The notes beneath the pieces were generated by a model, which was not told the DNA's origin, ran no database searches, and saw nothing but the letters and a program-made list of their open reading frames with translations. Position numbers and translations under genes: made by a program. This document shows, piece after piece, positions 20,022 through 29,722 of a stretch of DNA of 64,000 bases. Origin of the DNA: Bacteroidota bacterium (GTDB taxonomy: Bacteria; Bacteroidota; Bacteroidia; AKYH767-A; 2013-40CM-41-45); assembly GCA_043747595.1 (NCBI GenBank), contig JAYTOX010000058.1, positions 22,562 to 86,561 on the forward strand, read 5' to 3'. The number at the start of each line of letters is the position of its first letter. The stretch's first letter is position 1.

Positions 20022-20900
20022 ATGCAAATAGAACAGCCAAAAGAAGGAAGTAAGCGTTTAAGATCATCCTATGCCTCATCGATTATTAGCGTGTCGTTGG
20101 TGTTATTTATGTTGGGATTACTTGGCTTATTAGTAGTTGATGCGAAAAAAATAGGCGACTATTTAAAAGAGCATGTTCAGTTGAATGTGTACTTACAGGA
20201 AAATATCGGCCAACAAGATCTGGATCTATTTATGGTCGCATTGAATCAATCAGATTTTGTACGTTCGGCTCGTTATGTGAGTAAAGAAGAAGCGCTTGAC
20301 AGCTTAAAGAAGGAATTGGGAGAAAGCGCAACAGGAATGCTTGAGAGTAATCCGTTGCCGGCCACGATAGATATTAACGTAAAAGCGAGTTATGCGAATC
20401 CTGATAGTTTAAAACGGATCAAAGAACAAATGAGTACTATCAGATTGGTGAGAGATGTAAGTTACCAGCAAACGGAGATCAGTAAAATGAATCAAAATTT
20501 TAGAACGATAGCAATGATCATTCTAGTTTTTTGTGCTTTACTACTTTTTGTTGCAGTTGTATTAATAAACAATACAATTCGTTTGTCGATGTATAGCAAA
20601 CGTTTTTTGATAAAAAGTATGCAACTAGTAGGAGCTACAAAATCATTTATTCGTTGGCCATTTTTAAAAACCGGTTTTGTACATGGAATTTATTCGGGAA
20701 TAATAAGCAGTATATTGTTAGCCGTTGTAGTATATTTTATTCAGCGACAGTTTCCGGAATTCCAGCAGTTATCAGATCTTAAAATGATCGGACTTCTTTT
20801 CGCAGGAATGATTTTGATAGGTATTTTAGTGACATCACTCAGCACACTTTTTTCAGTAAGCAAATATTTGCGCTTGCATGTGGATGAACTTTATAATTAA
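20022..20900 (+). CDS. ftsX: cell division ABC transporter permease FtsX-like
   Basis: Has an N-terminal TM helix, a periplasmic domain and three C-terminal TM helices (FtsX topology). The start is set at the internal Met (MQIEQ). Confidence 0.65.
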   Translation: MQIEQPKEGSKRLRSSYASSIISVSLVLFMLGLLGLLVVDAKKIGDYLKEHVQLNVYLQENIGQQDLDLFMVALNQSDFVRSARYVSKEEALDSLKKELGESATGMLESNPLPATIDINVKASYANPDSLKRIKEQMSTIRLVRDVSYQQTEISKMNQNFRTIAMIILVFCALLLFVAVVLINNTIRLSMYSKRFLIKSMQLVGATKSFIRWPFLKTGFVHGIYSGIISSILLAVVVYFIQRQFPEFQQLSDLKMIGLLFAGMILIGILVTSLSTLFSVSKYLRLHVDELYN

Positions 20901-20944
20901 GCAAAGGCCCTTTTCTTGCTTTCTAAAATTTGTTAGCTTTATAT

Positions 20945-21402
20945 GAGGTAAAAAGTAAGAAGAGTAAGAAGTATGAAGTAAGAAGTATGAAGTAAGAAGT
21001 ATGAAGTAAGAAGGATGAAGTAAGAAGTAAGAAGTAAGAAGTAAGAAGTAAGAAGTAAGAAGTAAGAAGTATGAAGTATGAAGTAAGAAGTATGAAGTAA
21101 GAAGTAAGAAGGATGAAGTAAGAAGGATGAAGTAAGAAGTAAGAAGTAAGAAATAAGAAGTATGAAGTAAGAAGTTCGAAGTATTAAGTATGAAGTATGT
21201 CAAGGGGGACTCACCAATTACCACTCACCACTCACTAAAGAGAATGCCGTTCGGAATTAATAGTTGTTCTTCAAAAATAGTTCGTACATCTTACTAAACA
21301 TTCCGCTTTGCGGCAAAGGTCAAGTAGTAAGTAGTAAGTATGTCATAAATGGACGTGATTTTTTACTTACAACTTACCACTCACTACTTACCATTCTCAC
21401 TG
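20945..21402. repeat. compound repeat region: ~250-bp degenerate (GAAGTAA/GAAGTAT/GAAGGAT)n array + family A tail + family B unit + second family A copy
   Basis: The heptamer periodicity is visible by eye. The tail is GACTCACCAATTACCACTCACCACTCAC. A further copy ..TTTTTTACTTACAACTTACCACTCACTACTTACCATTCTCAC overlaps the CDS 3' end at 21374. Confidence 0.75.
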
Positions 21403-23968
21403 TTCGTACTTTATCTTCAAACAAAATTTTACCTATATAAATTCCCGGTGGAAGTTTTTCGTTGCTGAGCTGAATATCGTTTTTTCCGGATGTGAAAGTT
21501 ATTTTTTGCGACGATTCAACTTGGCCGGATGAATTGATTAATTGAAAAATTGCATTTCCACTTTTTGCAGAATTAAATTGAATTCGGAATTTTCCATCTG
21601 TAGGATTAGGATAAACAATAATCTGTTCCGATGAATTGCCAATAATATTATCAGCACTGAGCACTTCCAGCATATCGCCAACCATCATTCCACTTCCAAA
21701 ACTCGTGACCCAAATTAAATTTGGTTGATAAGGATCAAAGAAAACTCGCTCCGGCTGTCTAAATTGATAAGTACTAACATTCGTCCATGATGGTAATGCT
21801 AAATTCATATTAGATGATGTCCATAAACCATTGGTTTCTGTAGTGAGATATGCCTGATATAAATTCGAAGGATTAAAAGTGATTGAAGTAACTCTGTCGA
21901 ATTGAGAACCTGTCAATTTTGTCCAACTCAACCCACGATTGGAAGTTTTATACAATCCGCCAAGACCATTCGGTGCACCACCCCATCCGCTGAAGACACA
22001 TGCATACCAAGTATTTTGTGTAGCATCGTTCGGATCTATCACAACATCTTTTGTCCAATAGCGCATTCCGGCATCACTTACATCTGTCCATGAATTCGTG
22101 TTCGGATCGTAAATAAAAACACCGGAGCTCGCAGTGAATGTGCCGCTTGAATTTCTTCGTCCGGAGAATGAACAAACTACTTTACCATCGTTTAATACTA
22201 TGATACTTGCAGCGTGTCCTTCTGTGCGCGGAGGATTAGGAAGTTTTGTCCATGTAGATGTTTGTAGATTATTCAAATCATCGGTTCTGTAAATTCCTCC
22301 AAGCTGACTGCCTTGTGTACCGCCGAAATGAATTACAGATGCATACATTCTGTTTTGATTTGTTGGATCTATCGCTAACCAAAAAACAGGATGATTAAAT
22401 ACATGCAAATTGCTCCATGTACTTCCGCTGTCAGTAGAGAAAACGATTTTTCCATTTCCATCGCTGGCATCTAATTGTGCATCTGCAAGTCGTGTGCTTT
22501 GATACATATCATGAATGTTAGAACAAGCACCAAATAAATTTCCATTGGTGCTTTCTGCAATTCTATACAATGAGTTTACAGAAAATCCCGAGTATTGATA
22601 TCCCCAACTAGAACCACCATCATTGCTTGTTAGTCCACCAATATCGCTAAAGCAGCCAATCATTTTATTTGCAGAAGTCCAATGTACTTGCCAGCAAGTT
22701 GTATTTTCTAATCCTACACTGTGATACGCACGATTTTTTGGTGTTGGTATTCCGGCACTATGTTCATCTGATTGGGAAACGTAAGCTTGTCGCCATGATG
22801 TTCCTCCGTTCGAACTTACTTGGACATTAGAGAAATTACTAAAAATTACTTTTGATGAATTAAGTGGCGCAGCAGTTATTCCAAAACATGTTTCGCTCCA
22901 ACTAAAATTTTTGTCACCTTGATAGCCTTCCCAACCGGTTACGATATTAGCATTACTAATTGTTTGGTATATCGAAGACCATGTTGAACCTGCATCCGAT
23001 GATTTTAATACTAGTGGCGAACCGTTAGCATTATCATGTCCACCAAGGTAAATTGTATTAATATCATTCCACGCCATTGTACAATACATTACAAAATCGT
23101 TCGAGAAATTTATTCCCGTCGATTTTGGAACCCATGTACCATTGGCATTATCCATTGTATAAACCCCTTTAGCAAAATTGTAGTAGTCCCATGGTTTAAC
23201 TCCATTGTATGTACCTGATGAATTTGCAGTAATAGCAGTAAGTCGAAGTGTATTCCCTGATCTTGCTCCGGCGAATGACCAAATAACTTGTCCGGAAGTG
23301 ATACCGGAAGTATTCATCACAGAAAAATTAATTCCACCATCGCTGCTATGAATTAATCCGTCATTAGTGCCAATATAAATGTTTTGTCCGTCGAAGAAAA
23401 CGCCACCAAGAATTAATCCGGCGCCCATAGAGTTAGCAACTTTAACCAAATTAAAAGATGTTCCACCATCATTCGAAATCAAGATGTGGCCATACGCGCC
23501 AATGAGTAATTGATTTGGATTTGCATAATTTGCTTTCACAGAGTAAGCAGAACCGTAAGTTGACAGATTATAAGAATTCAATGTAGACCATGTTGCTCCA
23601 GCATCAAGCGATTTAACAGGGAATTCATTGTTGCCATCATTGTAAATAGTATAGGCAGTATGTCCATCGTTAGTAAATTCAAAAGTCGAAACATTTCCAA
23701 TTTGTAATTTTGAAAAGTCAGACTGATTATAACTTATACCAAAGTTAGTAGAATGAAAAAGTTGGCTCATATCGCAAGCAACATAATATTCATTATCGTT
23801 TGCCGGATTGATAGTAGGAAAAAATAAAGCACCACCGCCACCCATACCGGAATGATAAAAAGCGACAGGTTGAGCTTCAGTAAAAAGTGCGATTACACTT
23901 AGGCAAAGTGTCAGGAATGATTTGAGTTTCATTTTTCTTTTTTTTAGAATAGAAGAATAAATATCCAA
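21374..23968 (-). CDS. BNR/Asp-box repeat beta-propeller protein (GH74/sialidase-like) with T9SS C-terminal domain
   Basis: Has a signal peptide and at least seven S-x-D-x-G-x-T-W-type Asp-box repeats (SLDAGATWS, SSDAGSTWS, SSNGGTSWR, STDSGSTWS and others). The C-terminus YPNPTDGKFRIQF..GIYIGKI is a T9SS tail. The last codons (MVSSEW) are encoded by the family A repeat. Confidence 0.6.
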   Translation of the reverse strand: MDIYSSILKKRKMKLKSFLTLCLSVIALFTEAQPVAFYHSGMGGGGALFFPTINPANDNEYYVACDMSQLFHSTNFGISYNQSDFSKLQIGNVSTFEFTNDGHTAYTIYNDGNNEFPVKSLDAGATWSTLNSYNLSTYGSAYSVKANYANPNQLLIGAYGHILISNDGGTSFNLVKVANSMGAGLILGGVFFDGQNIYIGTNDGLIHSSDGGINFSVMNTSGITSGQVIWSFAGARSGNTLRLTAITANSSGTYNGVKPWDYYNFAKGVYTMDNANGTWVPKSTGINFSNDFVMYCTMAWNDINTIYLGGHDNANGSPLVLKSSDAGSTWSSIYQTISNANIVTGWEGYQGDKNFSWSETCFGITAAPLNSSKVIFSNFSNVQVSSNGGTSWRQAYVSQSDEHSAGIPTPKNRAYHSVGLENTTCWQVHWTSANKMIGCFSDIGGLTSNDGGSSWGYQYSGFSVNSLYRIAESTNGNLFGACSNIHDMYQSTRLADAQLDASDGNGKIVFSTDSGSTWSNLHVFNHPVFWLAIDPTNQNRMYASVIHFGGTQGSQLGGIYRTDDLNNLQTSTWTKLPNPPRTEGHAASIIVLNDGKVVCSFSGRRNSSGTFTASSGVFIYDPNTNSWTDVSDAGMRYWTKDVVIDPNDATQNTWYACVFSGWGGAPNGLGGLYKTSNRGLSWTKLTGSQFDRVTSITFNPSNLYQAYLTTETNGLWTSSNMNLALPSWTNVSTYQFRQPERVFFDPYQPNLIWVTSFGSGMMVGDMLEVLSADNIIGNSSEQIIVYPNPTDGKFRIQFNSAKSGNAIFQLINSSGQVESSQKITFTSGKNDIQLSNEKLPPGIYIGKILFEDKVRTVRMVSSEW

Positions 23969-24077
23969 TTAAGTAAAGGTATATATTCTATTGATAAATT
24001 GTATTCAAATAAGGCAATTAAAAATTAGCAGAGAAATGTAGCGTAGTTTCTTTATTATTCCGCTGAATTAAATTTAT

Positions 24078-24085
24078 TATCTTTG
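24078..24085 (+). promoter_or_regulatory. candidate -7 element TATCTTTG upstream of cytochrome c peroxidase gene
   Basis: TAnnTTTG lies 19 nt upstream of the ATG in a divergent intergenic region. Confidence 0.25.
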
Positions 24086-24103
24086 GAATAAGCATAGAAA
24101 AGT

Positions 24104-26032
24104 ATGGCAACGCGGCTATTAATTTTTATTTTCCTCATTGTACTGATAAGTTCTTTTACCCGAAATTCAAATTCAGGTGTTACAGATCGGAATGAAAACG
24201 TCAATGAAGTTGTTCATGCTATTTTTGATGCGAATAGTTCAGAGTTCATTTCTAAGTTAGAGCTTTTGAAGTCGTTGGCACAAAAAAATAATTTCGATAG
24301 CACCACTTTAATTAAAATGAAATCGGTTTTTCTTGAATGTAGAAATCTTTATAAGATCAACGAACTATTTTCAACCTACTTTTTTCCGACCAGCGATTTG
24401 AATTGTAATGGCCCGGTAATTTCGGAGGTGGAATATGAAGATGAGCCAAAGCAAATGATCGTAAAGCCGACAGGTTTGCAAGTAATAGAAGTCAATTTAT
24501 ATTCTAACCATGTTGCGGAAAATTCGAATAAGATTATTAAACAAATTTCACATCTAATTGATATTTATTCTTCTCTTACAAATGCTTTTCATTCCAAAAA
24601 AGTAAATGAAAAATATTTTATAGAAGCCATGCGTACCGAAGTCGATCGTCATTTCTCGCTTGGTATTGCAAATTTTGACACACCAATCTGTAGAAATTCT
24701 TTTGAAGAGATAAAGCAGTCGCTTGCTTCATTAGGAATTTTAATGAAATTAATTTATTCCGATAAGCCTTCAATTGAAATTGAGAAAATTAAAAATCAAT
24801 TGAACGATATAATTGAATATTTGAATAAATTTAAATTCATTGAAGATGTTGATTTACTTTTCTGTTTGAGTAAACAGTATGTTCCATTGAGTATAGCTAT
24901 CAGCGATTACTTTTATCAATTACCAAAAACAGAATATGCACAATCAACAGCATTACGGCCTGACCAGCAATCAATTTTCGATAAACGAGGATTCAATGCC
25001 TTCTTTTATAATCCGAGAGGAGAAAATAAAAATTATTCTGTTGAAGTAGCTGAGCTCGGCAAATTATTATTTTTTGATCCGATTTTATCGCTCAATAATA
25101 AACGAGCATGTGCTTCTTGCCACAGAGCCGATATGGCATTTACGGATCAACTTCCAACAAGCGCCGGTTTTCATGCAGGAAAATCTGTTTCACGCAATGC
25201 TCCTACAATTTTGAATGTCGCGCTTCAAAGAAATTATTTCTGGGATAATCGTTCTACAGATTTAGAAGATCAAGTAGGACAAGTTATTTTCAATTCCAAT
25301 GAAATGAAAAGTAGTTATGATTTGATTATTGAAAAACTTAATAGTTCGGCCGAATACAAATCAATTTTCAAAAAATCTTTTGCCGAAACCGAAGATACCG
25401 TGATAAATAAATTTTCTATTTCAAATGCTATTGCCGAATACGAAAGAAAGTTAATAGCGATGAATAGTAAATTCGATAAGAATGTGAGAGGAGAGTTGAA
25501 TGATTTTACAGCCGATGAAAAATTAGGATTTCAAATTTTCATGACGAAAGGTAATTGTGCTTCGTGTCATTATTTGCCTATGTTCAGCGGACTTGTTCCA
25601 CCGAATTATACAAAAAGCGAATTTGAAAATATCGGCACCACAAAAACAGCCGATTTTTTAAAACCCGTTTTTGATTCGGATAGCGGAAGAGGCGCACGTT
25701 ACCGCACAAGTATTTATGTTGGGTCATTCAAAACGCCAACATTGCGAAATGTTGCATTGACATTTCCATACATGCACAACGGAGCATTTAAAACGTTAGA
25801 ACAAGTAGTAGATTTTTATAATGAAGGAGGCGGTGCAGGATTGGGATTGGACGTACCCAACCAAACTCTTAATGCAACAAAATTGAATCTTACCGCATTG
25901 GAAAAGTCTGCATTGATTTCTTTTTTGTTTACACTTACAGACACATTAGGAATGACCGATCGTCCAAATCGTCTCCCATTATTTCCAAAAAATTCAATTC
26001 TGAATAAAAGAGTAGTTGGAGGAGAATATTAG
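24104..26032 (+). CDS. di-haem cytochrome c peroxidase family protein with ~300-aa N-terminal extension
   Basis: Has two CxxCH motifs (CASCHRADMAF and CASCHYLPMF) with the CCP/MauG spacing. A PTLRNVALTFPYMHNG block is also present. Confidence 0.8.
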   Translation: MATRLLIFIFLIVLISSFTRNSNSGVTDRNENVNEVVHAIFDANSSEFISKLELLKSLAQKNNFDSTTLIKMKSVFLECRNLYKINELFSTYFFPTSDLNCNGPVISEVEYEDEPKQMIVKPTGLQVIEVNLYSNHVAENSNKIIKQISHLIDIYSSLTNAFHSKKVNEKYFIEAMRTEVDRHFSLGIANFDTPICRNSFEEIKQSLASLGILMKLIYSDKPSIEIEKIKNQLNDIIEYLNKFKFIEDVDLLFCLSKQYVPLSIAISDYFYQLPKTEYAQSTALRPDQQSIFDKRGFNAFFYNPRGENKNYSVEVAELGKLLFFDPILSLNNKRACASCHRADMAFTDQLPTSAGFHAGKSVSRNAPTILNVALQRNYFWDNRSTDLEDQVGQVIFNSNEMKSSYDLIIEKLNSSAEYKSIFKKSFAETEDTVINKFSISNAIAEYERKLIAMNSKFDKNVRGELNDFTADEKLGFQIFMTKGNCASCHYLPMFSGLVPPNYTKSEFENIGTTKTADFLKPVFDSDSGRGARYRTSIYVGSFKTPTLRNVALTFPYMHNGAFKTLEQVVDFYNEGGGAGLGLDVPNQTLNATKLNLTALEKSALISFLFTLTDTLGMTDRPNRLPLFPKNSILNKRVVGGEY

Positions 26033-26127
26033 AGTGGGTTTCTGTTTTGCTGAAAGATGCATTTTGCGATAGGCGAGCACTCGTTCAACCAAGCAATATT
26101 CACAATTGTGCATTCTTCATTAATCTC

Positions 26128-26413
26128 CCGCTTCGACGTTCCGATGGCTATCGGAATCGTCCGTTGCATTAAACGTACGAATGATTCAATCTTTTACAAA
26201 ATCTGTATATCCCACTGCTGGCGACGAATTTGTCACTCTCACCGCTTCGACGATTCCGATAGCCATCGGAATCGTCGAAGCAGCGCAAAATTTATTCCCA
26301 GCAGAATTACTTTAATTATGTCCGACTGAAAGTTCAATAGCACAATCTGTCGCACAACATTCAACCAAGCAACTCCGCTTCGACGTTCCGATGGCTATCG
26401 GAATCGTCCGTTG
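26128..26413. repeat. REP-like palindromic repeat cluster (3 copies of GCTTCGACGTTCCGATGGCTATCGGAATCGTCCGTTG; middle copy inverted and a perfect 16-bp-stem palindrome)
   Basis: Copies lie at 26128-26166, 26242-26285 and 26385-26413. The same REP flanks the RAYT at 46.3-47.2 kb, and the conserved ~80-bp spacer is also shared. Confidence 0.75.
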
Positions 26414-26585
26414 TTATTGAGTAGTGAATATTCATGCACTTTTCAAGACTCATCAAAAACCGCCATTAACCAAACGTTCCCTTTTTAGTAGTTTTTGATT
26501 CTTGACTTCCCTTTTTTTGACTTTATTAAACGCTCTTGCTTATTGCTCTTTTTTCCTATCTTGCGCCCTTCTTGTACATATTACA

Positions 26586-26831
26586 ATGGCTAAAAAAGAT
26601 CTTAAAACAACAGTTGACTTCCCTTTTGGGAAAGAAAATATTATGTGGATGCTTGTCGGTATCGCTGTAATCATTATCGGATTTATCCTAATGATTGGTG
26701 GCGGCGCTACTGATCCGAAGGTTTTTAACCCGGAAATTTTTAGCACTCAACGTATCACCGTTGCTCCGGTATTGGTAATTGCAGGACTCATGATCGAGAT
26801 CTATGCGATCATGAAAAAGCCAAGAGATTAA
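26586..26831 (+). CDS. DUF3098 family small membrane protein
   Basis: Carries MAKKDLKTTVDFPFGKENIMWMLVGIAVIIIGFILMIGGG followed by a second TM helix. The internal Met is chosen as the start. Confidence 0.55.
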   Translation: MAKKDLKTTVDFPFGKENIMWMLVGIAVIIIGFILMIGGGATDPKVFNPEIFSTQRITVAPVLVIAGLMIEIYAIMKKPRD

Positions 26832-26882
26832 TTCACCGTATATTTTTCTGAAATTATTCAGAGCCTCCAACTCCTCTAATCA

Positions 26883-27701
26883 ATGAGCATTTTAAATGCA
26901 ATCATTCTAGCCATCATTGAAGGGCTGACTGAGTTTTTACCTATATCATCTACCGGTCACATGATTATCGGTTCTTCAATAATGGGAATCGCTGCTGCTC
27001 CTTTCACCAAATTATTTACTGTGTGTATTCAGTTTGGAGCCATTCTTTCTGTCGTTATTATTTATTGGAAAAAATTTATTCCCACAGGAAACTGGCAAGA
27101 AATAATTTCCTTTTACAAAAGATTACTCATTGCTTTTATTCCGGCCGTTATTTTTGGTTTACTCTTTAAAAAACACATCGATCTGCTTTTAGAAAATGTA
27201 GTCGTTGTAGCTATTGCTTTGCTTGTAGGCGGAATCATTTTTCTCTTACTCGATAAATGGTTTGCGTCGGTAGAAGAATACGGAGTCTCCGAATTAAAGT
27301 CAGACAAAAAAGCATTTTTGATAGGAAGCTTTCAAGTGCTTGCCATGGTTCCTGGTGTATCGCGATCGGCAGCTACAATTATTGGTGGACTTACACAAAA
27401 ACTAAACAAACGTGCAGCTGCCGAATTTTCTTTTTTCCTAGCCGTACCTACCATGTTTGCCGCAACAGTAAAAGACCTTTACGATTATTCGAAAGATGGT
27501 TTTAGTTTACAAGGCAACGAAATTTATCTTTTAGTGATTGGAAATGTAATTGCTTTTTTTGTGGCGTTACTTGCTATTAAATCGTTCGTTTCCTATTTAT
27601 CAAAACACGGTTTTAAAATTTTCGGATATTACCGCATCATAGTTGGACTAACAATTTTGATTTTGTATTGGATGGGAATAGATCTGAGAATGGTTTCCTA
27701 A
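26883..27701 (+). CDS. uppP: undecaprenyl-diphosphate phosphatase
   Basis: Carries [15 protein letters not shown] and [10 protein letters not shown], which are BacA/UppP signatures. The product is an 8-TM protein. Confidence 0.85.
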   Translation: MSILNAIILAIIEGLTEFLPISSTGHMIIGSSIMGIAAAPFTKLFTVCIQFGAILSVVIIYWKKFIPTGNWQEIISFYKRLLIAFIPAVIFGLLFKKHIDLLLENVVVVAIALLVGGIIFLLLDKWFASVEEYGVSELKSDKKAFLIGSFQVLAMVPGVSRSAATIIGGLTQKLNKRAAAEFSFFLAVPTMFAATVKDLYDYSKDGFSLQGNEIYLLVIGNVIAFFVALLAIKSFVSYLSKHGFKIFGYYRIIVGLTILILYWMGIDLRMVS

Positions 27702-28417
27702 TGAAAGTTTCAACCGATCGAATTATACTGATCAACAAACCACTCGAGTGGACTTCGTTCGATGTGGTAGCGAAAATAAAACGCCCGCTGTTAAATGAAT
27801 ACCGTCTTACTTTTCCCGAAGAAGAACGGGCACAAATAAAAAAATACAAAGTTGGTCATGCCGGAACATTAGATCCGTTAGCAACAGGATTGCTTGTTAT
27901 TTGTTCAGGAAAATTTACTAAGTCGATTAGTGAAATACAAGACGCTGAAAAAGAATACACCGGCACCATCGTAGTTGGAGCCGTTACCGACTCGTACGAT
28001 TTGGAATCGGAGCCAAAAGATTTTAAAGATTATTCATTCATTACAAATGAAAATATTTTCAGTTTGGCGAAGAAGATGGAAGGAACACAACAGCAAGTGC
28101 CACCGATGTTCAGCGCAATAAAAGTGGACGGAGAACGAGCATACGAAAAGGCGCGTTTAGGGATAGATTTAGGGTTGAAGTCGAGGGAAATAACCATTAA
28201 CAGATTTGAGATAACCCGAATAGCACTCCCGGAAATTGATTTTAGAGTAGTGTGTACCAAAGGAACCTATATTAGAAGTCTGGCTCAAGATTTTGGCAAG
28301 AGTTTAGGTTCAGGAGCATACCTTTCGGCGCTTTGCAGGACAAGGATTGGGAAGTATGAGCTGGCAAATGCGCTATCACCGCTCGAATTTTTAGAGCAAC
28401 TTACTGAAAGCAAGTAG
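27701..28417 (+). CDS. truB: tRNA pseudouridine(55) synthase
   Basis: The catalytic motif HAGTLDPLATGLL is present. The start overlaps the uppP stop (TAATG). Confidence 0.85.
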   Translation: MKVSTDRIILINKPLEWTSFDVVAKIKRPLLNEYRLTFPEEERAQIKKYKVGHAGTLDPLATGLLVICSGKFTKSISEIQDAEKEYTGTIVVGAVTDSYDLESEPKDFKDYSFITNENIFSLAKKMEGTQQQVPPMFSAIKVDGERAYEKARLGIDLGLKSREITINRFEITRIALPEIDFRVVCTKGTYIRSLAQDFGKSLGSGAYLSALCRTRIGKYELANALSPLEFLEQLTESK

Positions 28418-28474
28418 CTTAAGTCCATTTAAAAATATTACAGAAAATGCTTTACAAGGGGGGTGTCCGTATAG

Positions 28475-28482
28475 TATATTTG
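28475..28482 (+). promoter_or_regulatory. candidate -7 element TATATTTG upstream of queA
   Basis: This matches TAnnTTTG and sits ~48 nt upstream of the queA ATG. TTTACA lies ~20 nt further upstream. Confidence 0.25.
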
Positions 28483-28530
28483 CCGCCCCTTTAGGCCTCA
28501 TTTAGAGACCAACTATTTTAAAATCAACCT

Positions 28531-29580
28531 ATGAAATTATCCCAGTTTAAAGTGAATGTGCCTGAGGCACTTATTGCGAATCATCCGGCAAAAAACCGAG
28601 AAGACGCGCGACTAATGGTCTTAGATAGAAAAACAGGTAAGATTGAGCATAAACACTTTAAAGATGTTCTTAGTTATTTCGACGAAGGAGATACGATGAT
28701 CGTGAACGATACGCGCGTATTTCCTGCTCGATTGTATGGTAATAAAGAAAAAACCGGTGCGAAGATCGAAGTGTTTTTACTTCGTGAATTGAACCGTGAA
28801 AGCCGCTTGTGGGATGTATTGGTTGATCCGGCGCGGAAGATCAGAATTGGTAACAAACTTTATTTTGGCGACGACGATTTGTTAGTAGCGGAAGTAATAG
28901 ATAATACAACATCGAGAGGGCGAACATTGCGTTTCCTTTTTGATGGTCCTTACGAAGAGTTTAAGAAGACGATTACATTACTTGGAAATACACCACTTCC
29001 TAAATATATAAAGCGTAAGGCAGAGCCGGAAGATGTAGAGCGGTATCAAACAGTATTTGCTCAAAACGAAGGAGCCGTAGCAGCACCAACAGCAGGACTA
29101 CATTTCAGTTTGCCATTGGTAAAACGTTTAGAATTGAAAGGTGTGAACTTTGCTAATGTTACGTTACACGTAGGACTAGGAACATTTCGTCCGGTGGAAG
29201 TAGAAGATTTAACGAAGCACAAGATGGATTCTGAGCAGGTGATTATTGGTCAGGATGCATGTGAGATCGTTAATAAGGCAAGAAGTGAGAAGAGAAAAGT
29301 TTGTGCAGTAGGAACAACGGTTATGCGAGCAATAGAATCGTCGGTAAGCACACAAGGGGAATTGAAACCATTCGACGGCTGGACAAACAAATTTATTTTT
29401 CCTCCATACGATTTCAGTGTTGCAAATTGTATGATTACAAATTTCCACATGCCTGAATCAACGTTACTGATGATGGTAGCAGCCTTTGCCGGTTATGATA
29501 ATATGATTAATGCGTATAAGATAGCAGTAAAAGAAAAATATCATTTCTATAGCTACGGCGATGCGATGTTGATACTTTAA
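28531..29580 (+). CDS. queA: S-adenosylmethionine:tRNA ribosyltransferase-isomerase
   Basis: Carries [43 protein letters not shown], the conserved QueA N-terminus. The product is 349 aa. Confidence 0.9.
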   Translation: MKLSQFKVNVPEALIANHPAKNREDARLMVLDRKTGKIEHKHFKDVLSYFDEGDTMIVNDTRVFPARLYGNKEKTGAKIEVFLLRELNRESRLWDVLVDPARKIRIGNKLYFGDDDLLVAEVIDNTTSRGRTLRFLFDGPYEEFKKTITLLGNTPLPKYIKRKAEPEDVERYQTVFAQNEGAVAAPTAGLHFSLPLVKRLELKGVNFANVTLHVGLGTFRPVEVEDLTKHKMDSEQVIIGQDACEIVNKARSEKRKVCAVGTTVMRAIESSVSTQGELKPFDGWTNKFIFPPYDFSVANCMITNFHMPESTLLMMVAAFAGYDNMINAYKIAVKEKYHFYSYGDAMLIL

Positions 29581-29721
29581 TAAGAAGTAAGAAGTAAGAA
29601 GTAAGAAGTAAGAAGTAAGAAGTAAGAAGTAAGAAGTAAGAAGTTGACAATGCCTAAAACAGATTGACCTATTTTAGGCATTGTCCTTTTTTACTCACCA
29701 CTCACTACTTACCACTCACCC
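29581..29721 (+). repeat. composite repeat family A copy: (TAAGAAG)x9 + terminator hairpin + TACTCACCACTCACTACTTACCACTCACC tail
   Basis: Begins at the queA stop codon. It fills the convergent queA/gdh intergenic region. Confidence 0.75.
29648..29692 (+). terminator. rho-independent terminator embedded in family A repeat
   Basis: CAATGCCTAAAACAGATTGACCTATTTTAGGCATTG is a 12-bp stem, followed by TCCTTTTTT. Confidence 0.6.
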
Positions 29722-29722
29722 A

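Noticed and set aside
20853-21224. 123-aa ORF (MVIGESPLTYFILNTSNFLLHTSYFLL...)
   Set aside because: It is a pure translation of the (GAAGTAA)n heptamer satellite on the opposite strand. It has periodic 7-nt DNA and a low-complexity peptide, so it is not a gene.
26057-26329. 90-aa ORF downstream of cytochrome c peroxidase
   Set aside because: Spans the REP palindrome cluster. The apparent coding frame is generated by the repeats.
26128-26413. Possible CRISPR array (repeated 37-bp units with spacers)
   Set aside because: The repeats are palindromic hairpins. One is inverted relative to the others. The spacers are unequal (70-100 bp) and themselves conserved with the copies at 46 kb. No cas genes are present. 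This is a REP/BIME-type element, not CRISPR.
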